A stretch of DNA of 24,481 nucleotides, taken from a virus (lineage: Duplodnaviria > Caudoviricetes). This document shows, piece by piece, positions 1 to 8,047 of the stretch. The DNA is taken from positions 1 to 24,481 of the IMG/VR virus record IMGVR_UViG_3300033067_000968; one strand, written 5' to 3'. Both the position numbers and the translations under genes were made by a program. Within the stretch, counting starts at the first letter, position 1. Every line of letters begins with the position of its first letter. The notes beneath the pieces are model-generated. The model searched no databases, was not told the DNA's origin, and was given only the letters and a program-made list of their open reading frames with translations.

Positions 1-41
1 TGGGACTGGGCTACGACCTGCCTGACAGCAAGGGGGACTGA
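1..41 (+). CDS. 3' end of an upstream gene (partial)
   Basis: Frame from nt 3 reads GLGYDLPDSKGD-TGA(39-41) and ends 1 nt before the ATG at 43; it contains the AGGGGG RBS of the next gene. Too short to verify. Confidence 0.35.
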   Translation, partial: GLGYDLPDSKGD

Positions 42-42
42 C

Positions 43-723
43 ATGCGCAAGCATGTAATTGTATACACCGAAGACGAGGCGACCGGGGAGCTGGGCTTCA
101 GGCTCAAGCTCATGCCCGCGTTGAACAACGGCGAGCCTGAGTGCGGGGGAGGCGCACTCATCGCACATGACATTCTCGAACACCTGCATGGGCCCCGCGA
201 GATCGGGGGGATAGCCGACGAGCTGATCGCCCTCGGTGCAGCGTGGTTCGTACGTGGGCAATGGGGCAAGGTGTGCGAGCTGCGCAACAGCTACCGTGAC
301 GAGGAACACATCGCCACGGATGTTTCGCGCTTCGCTCCCATGTGGTACGAAGACCAAGGGATGTGGTTCCCTGACCCGGTGGAGAACCTGCGTGCTGTTT
401 CACGCGCAGAAGCCCCATTGCGCAGGGTGTATAACTACGCCTACGAAACGTGGAAAAAGGAGGTGAGCTACAAGGCCGAGAGCGTGGCACAGATGGCTGA
501 CATGGTAAGCGCCGCTGACGAAGGGTATTGGCCCAAGGTCATGCCCTATCTGCGCTATGGCTTTACCAAGGCGGCACGCAGATACCGGAACAAGAACATG
601 AGCGGATTGTTCTGGCGCTTGGCTCATGAGGTAACAAAAGCTGGGGAATATGCCGAGGAAGGACAGGAGTTTGTCATACACCTCGACATTGCCAACCAGA
701 CCGTGAGCATCGACTGCGAATAA
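43..723 (+). CDS. Hypothetical phage protein (226 aa), possible metal-binding HDxxEH motif
   Basis: ORF with AGGGGG RBS, same orientation as the early arm; motif AHDILEH...DELIALG; no family recognised. Confidence 0.75.
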   Translation: MRKHVIVYTEDEATGELGFRLKLMPALNNGEPECGGGALIAHDILEHLHGPREIGGIADELIALGAAWFVRGQWGKVCELRNSYRDEEHIATDVSRFAPMWYEDQGMWFPDPVENLRAVSRAEAPLRRVYNYAYETWKKEVSYKAESVAQMADMVSAADEGYWPKVMPYLRYGFTKAARRYRNKNMSGLFWRLAHEVTKAGEYAEEGQEFVIHLDIANQTVSIDCE

Positions 724-729
724 CAGCGC

Positions 730-755
730 AGCCCCGCGCGCACTGCGACGGGGCT
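730..755. other. GC-rich stem-loop after ORF 43-723
   Basis: AGCCCCG(730-736)...CGGGGCT(749-755) with inner CGC/GCG pairing; no adjacent U-tract on either strand, so it is not a classic terminator. Confidence 0.5.
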
Positions 756-760
756 CGAAG

Positions 761-775
761 TAAAACACGTTTTAA
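761..775. promoter_or_regulatory. Palindromic site copy 1, TAAAAC-AC-GTTTTA(A)
   Basis: Inverted repeat TAAAAC/GTTTTA with a 2-nt centre; the 15-mer is identical to 4609-4623; lies 30 nt upstream of the AAA gene. Confidence 0.65.
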
Positions 776-805
776 TGTATACACTACACATGAGAGGTAA
801 TACAC

Positions 806-1978
806 ATGGCCGTTAAACTCGACCAACTGGAACCCGTTATCTTTTCTGCCTACATCCAAGGCATCACTCTGGAGCTGCTGAGTGCTCCCGGCGTTGGCAA
901 GTCGTCCGTCATCCGGCAGGCTGCGAAGAACATGGCGAAGCGCCTCAACGCTCCGTTCTGCCTCGCTGTCCGTCACCTGTCGACCTTCGACCCGACGGAC
1001 GTTGCCGGCCCGCTGTTCATCACCAAGCGCAAGCTCACGTACGCTGGCAAGGAGCATGAGTTCGAGTCCGCAATGAACTCGTACCCTGCGCTGTTCCCCA
1101 ACTCCAAGGACGTGGTGTTCCTGCCTGACGGTACCGAGACCGACGTGGGCACGCACGGGGAGATTCCTGCATTCGGGCTTGTGTTCTTGGATGAACTGCG
1201 CCAAGCCGCACATGACGCGCAGAAGCCCACGGCACGGTTCATGGACGAGCGTCGTGTCGGTGAGTGGGACTTGCGGATGTTCGGAGGGCAGTGGTCTGTC
1301 ATCGCTGCGTCCAACAACAGCGAGGACCGCAGCGGCACGGTGAAGGACTTGGCTTTCATCACCAACAGGAAGCTGGTGCTGCAAGTCGAGAGCAGCGTGC
1401 AGATACTCTGCAATCACTTCGAGGACACCGGGGTGATCTGTTCATCGGGCATTGCTTACGTACGTGCTTGCCCGGGCTCTGTGTTCACCGAGAAGGTGCC
1501 CAACAACGACAAGCCCTTCCCCACTCCGCGCTCCTTCGAGCGGTGCATGCGCATGCTGCAGACCATGGGCGGGGATCAGGGCGTCGACACGTCACCGCTG
1601 GCCGTGGAGGTAGCCAGTGGGTTCCTCGGGGAAGGCCGGGGGCCGGAGTTGATCGGCTTCCTGCGTCGCGTCGAGGAGATGGTGACCATCGACGAGATTC
1701 TGGCTGATCCAAAGAAAGCTCGCGTGCCGGATCGTCCTGACGTTACGTGGGCTGTAGTCCAGATGCTTGCACACCACGTGACTTCAGCCAACGGCATGAA
1801 GCTCATCACCTACATCGAGCGTCTTGCACGCGAGATGCAGATCACTGGCCTCGGGTCGATCATGGCCAAGTGTCCCGACCTGCAGTACAACAAGCAGTAC
1901 TCGGAGTGGGCAGCCCGCAACAAGGATCTGCTGATGGCAGCGTTCGCTGCCGACCGGCGCAACAACCAGCGCCGCTGA
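806..1978 (+). CDS. MoxR/dynein-related AAA+ ATPase (390 aa)
   Basis: Walker A SAPGVGKS, Walker B LVFLDE, sensor-1 AASN, NR arginine-finger region, TPRSF motif; RBS GAGG; directly upstream of a vWA gene. Confidence 0.9.
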   Translation: MAVKLDQLEPVIFSAYIQGITLELLSAPGVGKSSVIRQAAKNMAKRLNAPFCLAVRHLSTFDPTDVAGPLFITKRKLTYAGKEHEFESAMNSYPALFPNSKDVVFLPDGTETDVGTHGEIPAFGLVFLDELRQAAHDAQKPTARFMDERRVGEWDLRMFGGQWSVIAASNNSEDRSGTVKDLAFITNRKLVLQVESSVQILCNHFEDTGVICSSGIAYVRACPGSVFTEKVPNNDKPFPTPRSFERCMRMLQTMGGDQGVDTSPLAVEVASGFLGEGRGPELIGFLRRVEEMVTIDEILADPKKARVPDRPDVTWAVVQMLAHHVTSANGMKLITYIERLAREMQITGLGSIMAKCPDLQYNKQYSEWAARNKDLLMAAFAADRRNNQRR

Positions 1979-1987
1979 TCGGAAACG

Positions 1988-2019
1988 AAAAAAGGGGGTG
2001 GCTGCAACACCACCCCCTT
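1988..2019 (-). terminator. Intrinsic terminator, oriented mainly for the minus strand
   Basis: Stem AAGGGGGTGG(1992-2001)/CCACCCCCTT(2010-2019), 8-nt loop; A-run 1988-1993 gives a U6 tail on the minus strand, while the plus strand has only UU. Confidence 0.6.
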
Positions 2020-2057
2020 AAACACGTTCACATGCAACAACTAACGGAGAGACCAAC

Positions 2058-3437
2058 ATGGCGCGAACCATGCCCGACAAATGCTACGAAGTAACCGAAG
2101 CGATGTCAACGCTTAGTTACGCTTTCTACTTCTTCAGTCACATCTTGTATGACAAGCTGGAGGTTGTCATAGACGATCCGAATCTCCCCGTGCCGACGCT
2201 GGCTACGGACGGCGAGAAAATCTACATCAACAGCGAGTTCTTCAAGGGGCTCACCCAAGACCAACGACTGGCTGCGGTAGCACACGAGATATGCCACGAC
2301 ATGTGGATGCACCCTGCTCGCATGCATTACTACAGGGACCACGGCCTCGATGGTAAGCCAGTCTCGATGATGGGTATGAACTACGCAGCGGACTTCATCA
2401 TCAACGACATGCTCAAGCAGTGTGGTGTCGGTGAGCTGCACCCGAGCTGGCTCTGGCGTGCAGACGTGAGCTACACCGAGAGCTTGGAGGACGTGTACCG
2501 GCGCATCATGCCCCCTGATGAGCCACAGCCCAAGAAGCAGGTAGGGCAGAACGGACAGAGTTCACCTGACAAGAACCCCGGGGATGACAAAGGGCAGGGC
2601 GAGGGGGACACGGCAGGCGCTGGCGACGAGGAAGCAGGAGACAGCCCGACGTGGGGATCAGGAGACCCCGGTGAAAGCGACAACGGTGAAGGGTACTCGA
2701 TGACTGGGCCGAACGGGGTGACACGCATCAACCCCAAGGGTCAGTTTGACAAGCACCTGCCCAAGGAAACAGACGTGGCACCCTCCGAATGGAAAGCCAC
2801 GGTGGAAGGTGCAGCGATGGGCGCGAAGGCCATCGGCAACTTGTCCGCTGCCATGGAGCGGTTCCTCTCCAAGTTCCTCGAAATCCCTATCGACTGGGCA
2901 GAGGTGCTGGCGGACTTCATCAAGGCACGTAGCGGCTTCGATCAGCGCAACATGCTGCGCCCGAACCGGCGGCGGTTGTATCAGGATCGAGTGTACGTAC
3001 CTACTCGCCACAGCTGGCAGATCGAGAAGGTCGCGCTGATATACGACGTGTCTGGTTCCGTCAGCGGAGCAGAGACGGCGTTGTTTAGCGGCACAGTGCT
3101 GCAGGTACTCGAACAGTGTAAACCCAAGGAGCTGCGCTGCATGTGTGTGAACTCCGAGGTTGTGTCGGATCATACATTCGAGAGCCTCGAAGACTTCATG
3201 GACTGGCAGCCGACGGGCAGTGGCGGCACCGACATGGAAGCGGGCTTGCGCTACCTCGAAGAGGACAGCTATGAGCCAGATGTATGTTTGATACTCACGG
3301 ACGGGTACACCCACACGGACGAAGACCATGAGCCTTCTTTCCCCGTGTTGTGGGTGACGACGGGTGCTATGGACTTTGCCTATGGCAACGTAGTCAAGAT
3401 GGACATGGCGAAAGTGCAAAACAAGGGAGGGCAGTAA
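2058..3437 (+). CDS. Metallopeptidase + vWA domain protein (DUF2201-like, 459 aa)
   Basis: N-terminal TLATDG and AHEICH (HExxH) plus NYAADFIIN; G/D/E-rich linker; C-terminal vWA MIDAS DVSGS, GGTD, LTDGY; RBS GGAG. Confidence 0.9.
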   Translation: MARTMPDKCYEVTEAMSTLSYAFYFFSHILYDKLEVVIDDPNLPVPTLATDGEKIYINSEFFKGLTQDQRLAAVAHEICHDMWMHPARMHYYRDHGLDGKPVSMMGMNYAADFIINDMLKQCGVGELHPSWLWRADVSYTESLEDVYRRIMPPDEPQPKKQVGQNGQSSPDKNPGDDKGQGEGDTAGAGDEEAGDSPTWGSGDPGESDNGEGYSMTGPNGVTRINPKGQFDKHLPKETDVAPSEWKATVEGAAMGAKAIGNLSAAMERFLSKFLEIPIDWAEVLADFIKARSGFDQRNMLRPNRRRLYQDRVYVPTRHSWQIEKVALIYDVSGSVSGAETALFSGTVLQVLEQCKPKELRCMCVNSEVVSDHTFESLEDFMDWQPTGSGGTDMEAGLRYLEEDSYEPDVCLILTDGYTHTDEDHEPSFPVLWVTTGAMDFAYGNVVKMDMAKVQNKGGQ

Positions 3438-3438
3438 C

Positions 3439-4611
3439 ATGGCCAGACGCAGACAAGCACCAAAGCGCGAGTACTTGAAGGATGTCAGGGATCACGAAGC
3501 AGATGCGTTGCTCTCTACCGTGACAGAGCTGCTGTCACGCTTGTATGTGCCGTTGATGCGGGCGTACCCACTGGGGAATCTCAACGCTGCTGAGACGGGG
3601 TATCGCATGCATGAGATCATGCGGGCATGCAAGGGGTGGTGCGAGGCACAGGACACTCTTTCCAGCATCCCGCCGGAGATGCGCAAGCTGACAATCGGTG
3701 ACGCCGAGCTGTCGGCTGACAGGCAGCAGACTGTGTCCACGGCGATATGGTTGGATACCCCGGCGTTGTCCACGGCGACGATCCCCGTGTCGATGTCGCC
3801 GGATGCATGGACAGGGGTGTCTAACGAGGTGCGTGCTAACTGGATGGCAGAGTCTTCACCACGCAAGACAGTCACGCTGCTACGCACGGCGGGCTTGGGC
3901 ACCCTCGCTGGGGAATATGACGCCGCAGGGAATCGGCAACTGTACAAGGTGTCGGATCGGTTGCTGCACCCCATCGAAGAAACAGAGCAGGTCACGCAGG
4001 ATCTCATCCAGCGCAAGGGGGTGCTGGTGTTCTTGCCTCCGTTCAAGGCTACCCATGACCTGTTCAATGCGAAGCTGTGGTTCTCGCGGATCTCTCCTGA
4101 AAAGGAGTCATTGCCGTGGCCTGTGTTCTACAATGGTCCGTCGGAGGAACAGACCTTCTGGCTGCTACCTGACAACCCCTACTACAAAGAAATGCAGCTG
4201 TGGGCAGAGACAGCGTACCAGATGTATTTCATTGTGCAGCAGCACATCCGCACGTACCAGTTTCTGCATCAGACATGTACGACGGTGGGGCAGCTCAAGC
4301 GGGTGTGGCCAGAGGTAGTCACGTTTGCTCCACCCGTAATAGCGGCCAAGCTACGGGCAGCTGAGAAGGCTTCGCCGATGCCCATGCCACTGCGACCCCG
4401 GTCGATAGGCCCGCACACGGAACTCGGGTTTAACTACAAAGCACGGATGGCACGGATACAACACCAGATCAACGAGCTGACCGAAGCCTGTGTTCGCGCC
4501 GTGCTTCTTCCCGAACTGCCTTCTGCGGCGAAGCAAGTAGTCAACACGTTCTCGGCAGGCAGCTATTATGAGCAGCTGCCATCACCCGGCACGAGTATCT
4601 GGAATAGCTAA
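3439..4611 (+). CDS. Hypothetical protein with C-terminal Nmad5-like motif (390 aa)
   Basis: Starts 1 nt after the vWA stop, RBS GGAGG; TTVGQLKRVWPE resembles the T-x-x-x-L-x-x-x-W-P-E signature of nucleotide-modification-associated domain 5. The CDS is solid; the domain call is tentative. Confidence 0.7.
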   Translation: MARRRQAPKREYLKDVRDHEADALLSTVTELLSRLYVPLMRAYPLGNLNAAETGYRMHEIMRACKGWCEAQDTLSSIPPEMRKLTIGDAELSADRQQTVSTAIWLDTPALSTATIPVSMSPDAWTGVSNEVRANWMAESSPRKTVTLLRTAGLGTLAGEYDAAGNRQLYKVSDRLLHPIEETEQVTQDLIQRKGVLVFLPPFKATHDLFNAKLWFSRISPEKESLPWPVFYNGPSEEQTFWLLPDNPYYKEMQLWAETAYQMYFIVQQHIRTYQFLHQTCTTVGQLKRVWPEVVTFAPPVIAAKLRAAEKASPMPMPLRPRSIGPHTELGFNYKARMARIQHQINELTEACVRAVLLPELPSAAKQVVNTFSAGSYYEQLPSPGTSIWNS

Positions 4612-4623
4612 AACACGTTTTAA
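4609..4623. promoter_or_regulatory. Palindromic site copy 2, TAAAAC-AC-GTTTTA(A)
   Basis: Exact 15-nt match to 761-775; its first TAA is the stop codon of ORF 3439-4611. Confidence 0.65.
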
Positions 4624-4626
4624 CCC

Positions 4627-4677
4627 CTGCGAACTTCGGGAGTCCTTCGGGACTCCCTTTCGCAGTGCGCGTTTTTT
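4627..4677 (+). terminator. Intrinsic terminator with C(UUCG)G tetraloop
   Basis: GGGAGTCC-TTCG-GGACTCCC(4638-4657) then TTT; outer stem CTGCGAA(4627-4633)/TTCGCAG(4659-4665); T6 at 4672-4677. Confidence 0.8.
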
Positions 4678-4678
4678 C

Positions 4679-4719
4679 TTGCCCGGCAGATTTCACCATG
4701 ATACACTCAATCAGTGTAT
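4679..4719 (+). promoter_or_regulatory. Putative sigma70 promoter of the DNA polymerase operon with overlapping palindrome
   Basis: TTGCCC(4679-4684)-17 nt-TACACT(4702-4707) with extended -10 TG(4699-4700); inverted repeat ATACACT-caatc-AGTGTAT at 4701-4719. Confidence 0.6.
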
Positions 4720-4730
4720 GGGGGATACCA

Positions 4731-6572
4731 ATGAAAGTTCTTACGCTCGACTTTGAGACCTACTATGACAGGGAGTATTCCCTGTCGAAGATGTCCACGG
4801 AAGCCTACATCAATGACCCGAGGTTCGAGGTCATTATGTGCGGTGTCCGCACGCCCGACAGTGAGTACCACATGCTCGATGGTGCGCACGGGATTGAGCG
4901 CATGCGCGAAGACCTGATTGAGCTGGGGGCAGAGAAGTATCCTATCCTCGCTCACAACATGTACTTCGACGGCGCGATCCTCGCATGGCGGCTAGGCATC
5001 GTGCCCAAGCTGTACCTCGACACCATGTGCATGGCGATGGCCAAGATCCGGCACGAGACGGGCAGTGTGGCATTGAAGTCATTGGCCGAGTACTACCACC
5101 TGCCGGCCAAGGGCACTGCCGTGGCCAACATGCTGGCACGGAGCCGGGACAGCCTCAACTCTGCCGAGTACCGCATGTATGCTGACTATTGCAAGAACGA
5201 TGTGTCCATCACGTTCCACGCATGGCAGTTCCTCGAAGATAAATACCCCCGCGAAGAGCTGTTGCTCATCGACCGCACGATCCGCATGTTTACGCAGCCG
5301 TCGATACGCATCGACAGGAACATGTGTGTAGCAGCGCACAAGGAGCTGGAAGAAGAGCTGCAGCAGCTCGTCACTGCTTCCGGTGTCGACCTCGACACGC
5401 TCATGAGCAATGACAAGTTCGCCGAGAAGCTCACCACGCTCGGAGTCTCCATCCCGAACAAGATCAGCAAGACCACGGGCAAGCGAACCTTTGCCTTTGC
5501 CAAGACCGATGAGCCGTTCCTCGCTTTGAGGAATCATCCCAACTCTGCAGTGCGCGCCCTTATGGACGCACGCTTGAAGGCCAAGTCCACCATCGAGCGC
5601 ACGCGGATGGACGCGTTCATTGGCATCCACGCTCGTGCGAAAAGCAAACTGCCCATCCCTCTGAAGTACTACGGCGCGCACACAGGTCGGCACTCGGGGA
5701 TGGACAAAATCAACCTGCAGAACCTCACTCGGGGGTCACTGCTCCGCAAAGCCTTGCGTGCGCCGAAAGGGCACTACATCGTTGCAGCTGACCAAGCTCA
5801 GATCGAGGCCCGTGTAAACGCCTGCTTCTCAGGGCAGGATGACCTCGTGCAGGACTTCCGAAACGGGGTGGACATATACAGCAAGTTCGCCGGGGAGAAC
5901 ATATACGGCTTCCCGGTCAACAAGGACGACAACCCGACAGAACGGTTCATGGGCAAGACATGTATCCTCGGCCTCGGATTCCGCATGGGAGCGGCACGCC
6001 TGCAGGACTCCCTGTCTACCTCATCTAACCCCATCACAGAAGACTTCGCGCTGCGCTGTGTACAGGCGTACCGAGGCCGCTACCCAATGATTCGGCGTAA
6101 CTGGTACGTCGGCGACGACATGGTTAAACTGATGGCCTCCGGTGGGGAAACGGACTGGGGCCCGCTGCGTGTACGCAAGGAAGGCATCGTGCTGCCGAAC
6201 GGACTGACCTTGAACTACCCGGAGATACATTACGACGCGGGGACAGACGAGTACCGCTACGTCGAGCGTGTACGTAAGGCACGAGTCGGCGGGGCTGGGA
6301 AGCACACGAAGATCCACGGTGGGGTGTTGGTTGAGAACGCCGTGCAGGCCATGGCCCGCATCACACTGATGCATCAGCTGGTGAAACTTTCCATGCGCTG
6401 GTGGGTCGCCATGACCGTGCACGACGAGATCGTATTCATCATCCCCACGGGTGAGATCGAAGAAGCCCGTGACCACATCACCAAGGTCATGACGACACCA
6501 CCCACGTGGATGCCGAAATTGCCTGTTGCCATTGACTTTAAATACGGAGAGACCTATGCCGACTGCAAGTAA
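4731..6572 (+). CDS. polA: DNA polymerase family A with 3'-5' exonuclease (613 aa)
   Basis: ExoI LDFETY, ExoII AHNMYFD, ExoIII YCKND; HTGR; motif A DQAQIEAR, motif B RFMGKTCILGLGF, motif C TVHDE. Start moved to ATG 4731 (RBS GGGGA) from the track's 4665. Confidence 0.95.
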   Translation: MKVLTLDFETYYDREYSLSKMSTEAYINDPRFEVIMCGVRTPDSEYHMLDGAHGIERMREDLIELGAEKYPILAHNMYFDGAILAWRLGIVPKLYLDTMCMAMAKIRHETGSVALKSLAEYYHLPAKGTAVANMLARSRDSLNSAEYRMYADYCKNDVSITFHAWQFLEDKYPREELLLIDRTIRMFTQPSIRIDRNMCVAAHKELEEELQQLVTASGVDLDTLMSNDKFAEKLTTLGVSIPNKISKTTGKRTFAFAKTDEPFLALRNHPNSAVRALMDARLKAKSTIERTRMDAFIGIHARAKSKLPIPLKYYGAHTGRHSGMDKINLQNLTRGSLLRKALRAPKGHYIVAADQAQIEARVNACFSGQDDLVQDFRNGVDIYSKFAGENIYGFPVNKDDNPTERFMGKTCILGLGFRMGAARLQDSLSTSSNPITEDFALRCVQAYRGRYPMIRRNWYVGDDMVKLMASGGETDWGPLRVRKEGIVLPNGLTLNYPEIHYDAGTDEYRYVERVRKARVGGAGKHTKIHGGVLVENAVQAMARITLMHQLVKLSMRWWVAMTVHDEIVFIIPTGEIEEARDHITKVMTTPPTWMPKLPVAIDFKYGETYADCK

Positions 6573-7242
6573 GAAGATCCCTGCGTGGAGCTTCTCCGCG
6601 CTCACCTCGTTCGAGACCTGCCCCAAGCAGTTTTGGCATATGCGCATCAAGCGCGACTTCAAGGACGAGGGCAACGAGAACTCCGCTTTCGGCACCCACG
6701 TGCACGACTCCATCGCGCAGTACTTCCTGAAGAACAAGAAACTCCCGCTCGATATCTCCTACATAAAACCCATCATCGACGTATACAAGAAAGCGGCGTT
6801 TCGCGAGACACACATCGAGCTGAAACTCGCTATCAACCAGAAGTACAAGCCTGTCGCGTGGATGGCACCGGACGTGTACTGCCGGGCCATTGTGGACGCG
6901 GGGTTTGTGCAGGGGCCGAAGGCGCTGCTGGTCGACTGGAAGACTGGCAAGATGAAGCCTGACAGCGAGGCTACGCAGCTGCGGCTGAGTGCTGTGATGT
7001 TCATGCTGTTCGAGCCTGACGTGAACGAAGTCACGATGCGCTACGTGTGGCTCATGAACAACGGCAAGACCACCACGTTCAAGATGACGCGAGACGACAT
7101 CCCCGCTGTCTGGAACGAGCTGGCTCCGCGCCTGCGGCGCTACCAGCACGCACACCAGCACGACGAATTCCCTGCCAACCCGAGCGGACTGTGCCGCAAG
7201 TATTGTCCCATTACTACCTGCCCCTACTACGGAGGAAGCTGA
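6556..7242 (+). CDS. Cas4/AddB-like PD-(D/E)XK exonuclease (228 aa)
   Basis: WSFS..FETCP, GTHVH, D...DWKTGK, QL, and C-terminal CRKYCPITTC (1+3 Cys Fe-S staple pattern); start at ATG 6556 after GGAGA. Confidence 0.9.
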   Translation: MPTASKKIPAWSFSALTSFETCPKQFWHMRIKRDFKDEGNENSAFGTHVHDSIAQYFLKNKKLPLDISYIKPIIDVYKKAAFRETHIELKLAINQKYKPVAWMAPDVYCRAIVDAGFVQGPKALLVDWKTGKMKPDSEATQLRLSAVMFMLFEPDVNEVTMRYVWLMNNGKTTTFKMTRDDIPAVWNELAPRLRRYQHAHQHDEFPANPSGLCRKYCPITTCPYYGGS

Positions 7243-7243
7243 C

Positions 7244-7594
7244 GTGAGCTATGACATCTACTGCGTGATGCATGGAAACCAGAGAACGGAAAACTGGCAC
7301 GGTAGGTGTCCGATCTGTGCTCCGGTTGACACTGTGCTGAACGAAGCCGTGGCCGAAAAAACAGAAGAGTTCGACTCCGTAGTGAGGCCAGAGCACTACA
7401 ACAAGGACGAGCAGATCGAATGCATCGACGCGATGGTGGCCGCCTACGGGCCTGAAGCCGTGAAGACCTACTGCATCGTCAATGCGTTCAAGTACATCTG
7501 GCGCTTCAACAACAAGGGTGGCAACGAGGACTTGAAGAAGGCCATATGGTATCTGCGTTTCGCCACGGGGGATGATCCGAGGAGCTACCGTTAA
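7244..7594 (+). CDS. DUF3310 (SaV / T7 gp1.7-like) protein, putative nucleotide kinase
   Basis: V.RPEHY, IECIDAM, NAFKYIWR...KGG.EDLKKAIWYL signature; N-terminal CxxH...CxxC; GTG start with RBS GGAGG. Confidence 0.85.
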   Translation: MSYDIYCVMHGNQRTENWHGRCPICAPVDTVLNEAVAEKTEEFDSVVRPEHYNKDEQIECIDAMVAAYGPEAVKTYCIVNAFKYIWRFNNKGGNEDLKKAIWYLRFATGDDPRSYR

Positions 7595-7911
7595 TGGCGA
7601 TGGCACACGGAGAAAAGCATCCGTCTGCCAAGATGACAGCGGACAAGGTGCGGGCCCTGCGCCGCCTGCGCAGAAGCGTGGGATTCTCCTACGCGCAACT
7701 CGCTGACCTGTTCGGTATCTCGACCCGCAGCGCATGGCTGATCGACAAGGGCTACCACTGGAAACACATTGAAGGAGAGGACGATGAGCCGCAAGTACAG
7801 AGCACCCCAAGATACTTCACCCCCAGCCCCGATCCCCGAGCCGGAAGCAGAGCAAGTACCAGCGATAGAACAGCTGCAGCTGCACATGATCCTGCTCTCT
7901 CGGCTGCTTGA
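7594..7911 (+). CDS. Stand-alone HTH DNA-binding protein resembling the C-terminal module of phage HNH endonucleases
   Basis: GEKHPSAKMT..KV..LR...SYAQLADLFGIS......I.KG..WKH; TAATG coupling to the upstream gene; no nuclease motif. Confidence 0.75.
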   Translation: MAMAHGEKHPSAKMTADKVRALRRLRRSVGFSYAQLADLFGISTRSAWLIDKGYHWKHIEGEDDEPQVQSTPRYFTPSPDPRAGSRASTSDRTAAAAHDPALSAA

Positions 7912-8047
7912 CCAGACGACCTGCCCTGTGTGTAACGGGGCACGCCACCTGCACGTGAGCAGCATGCCCTGCCCTATGTGCCCCGTGCGTGATGACGCGC
8001 TGCGGGTGTACCGCGAGCTGTATGACAAGGAGGGCAACCGGCGATGA
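7784..8047 (+). CDS. Small Zn-finger-like protein (87 aa)
   Basis: ATG 7784 after strong RBS AAGGAG; CPVCNG...CPMCP; ends in an ATGA overlap with the next gene. Confidence 0.7.
   Translation: MSRKYRAPQDTSPPAPIPEPEAEQVPAIEQLQLHMILLSRLLDQTTCPVCNGARHLHVSSMPCPMCPVRDDALRVYRELYDKEGNRR

Noticed and set aside
718-775. Integron attC-like site (TAAC at stop codon, hairpin, GTT); similar look at 4617-4677
   Set aside because: The ends do not fit RYYYAAC/GTTRRRY, no L boxes are evident and no integrase is present.
755-785. Sigma70 promoter for the AAA gene
   Set aside because: TACACT at 780-785 could be a -10, but there is no acceptable -35 or extended -10 at the right spacing; left uncalled.
2520-2700. 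Repeat-like low-complexity stretches (also 11430-11640 and 21640-21760)
   Set aside because: Acidic/Gly/Pro-rich protein linkers with no periodic nucleotide repeat unit.
4665-4730. N-terminal extension of the polymerase in the ORF track
   Set aside because: Overlaps the terminator tail and promoter; ATG 4731 has an RBS and is followed directly by the ExoI strand.
6556-7242. CRISPR-Cas system suggested by the Cas4-like gene
   Set aside because: No repeat-spacer array or other cas genes; solo Cas4-like exonucleases are common in phage replication modules.
3439-7594. DNA hypermodification pathway (Nmad5-like + DUF3310 + atypical polymerase)
   Set aside because: No base-modifying enzyme is recognisable in the window, and the restriction-site avoidance suggests largely unprotected DNA.
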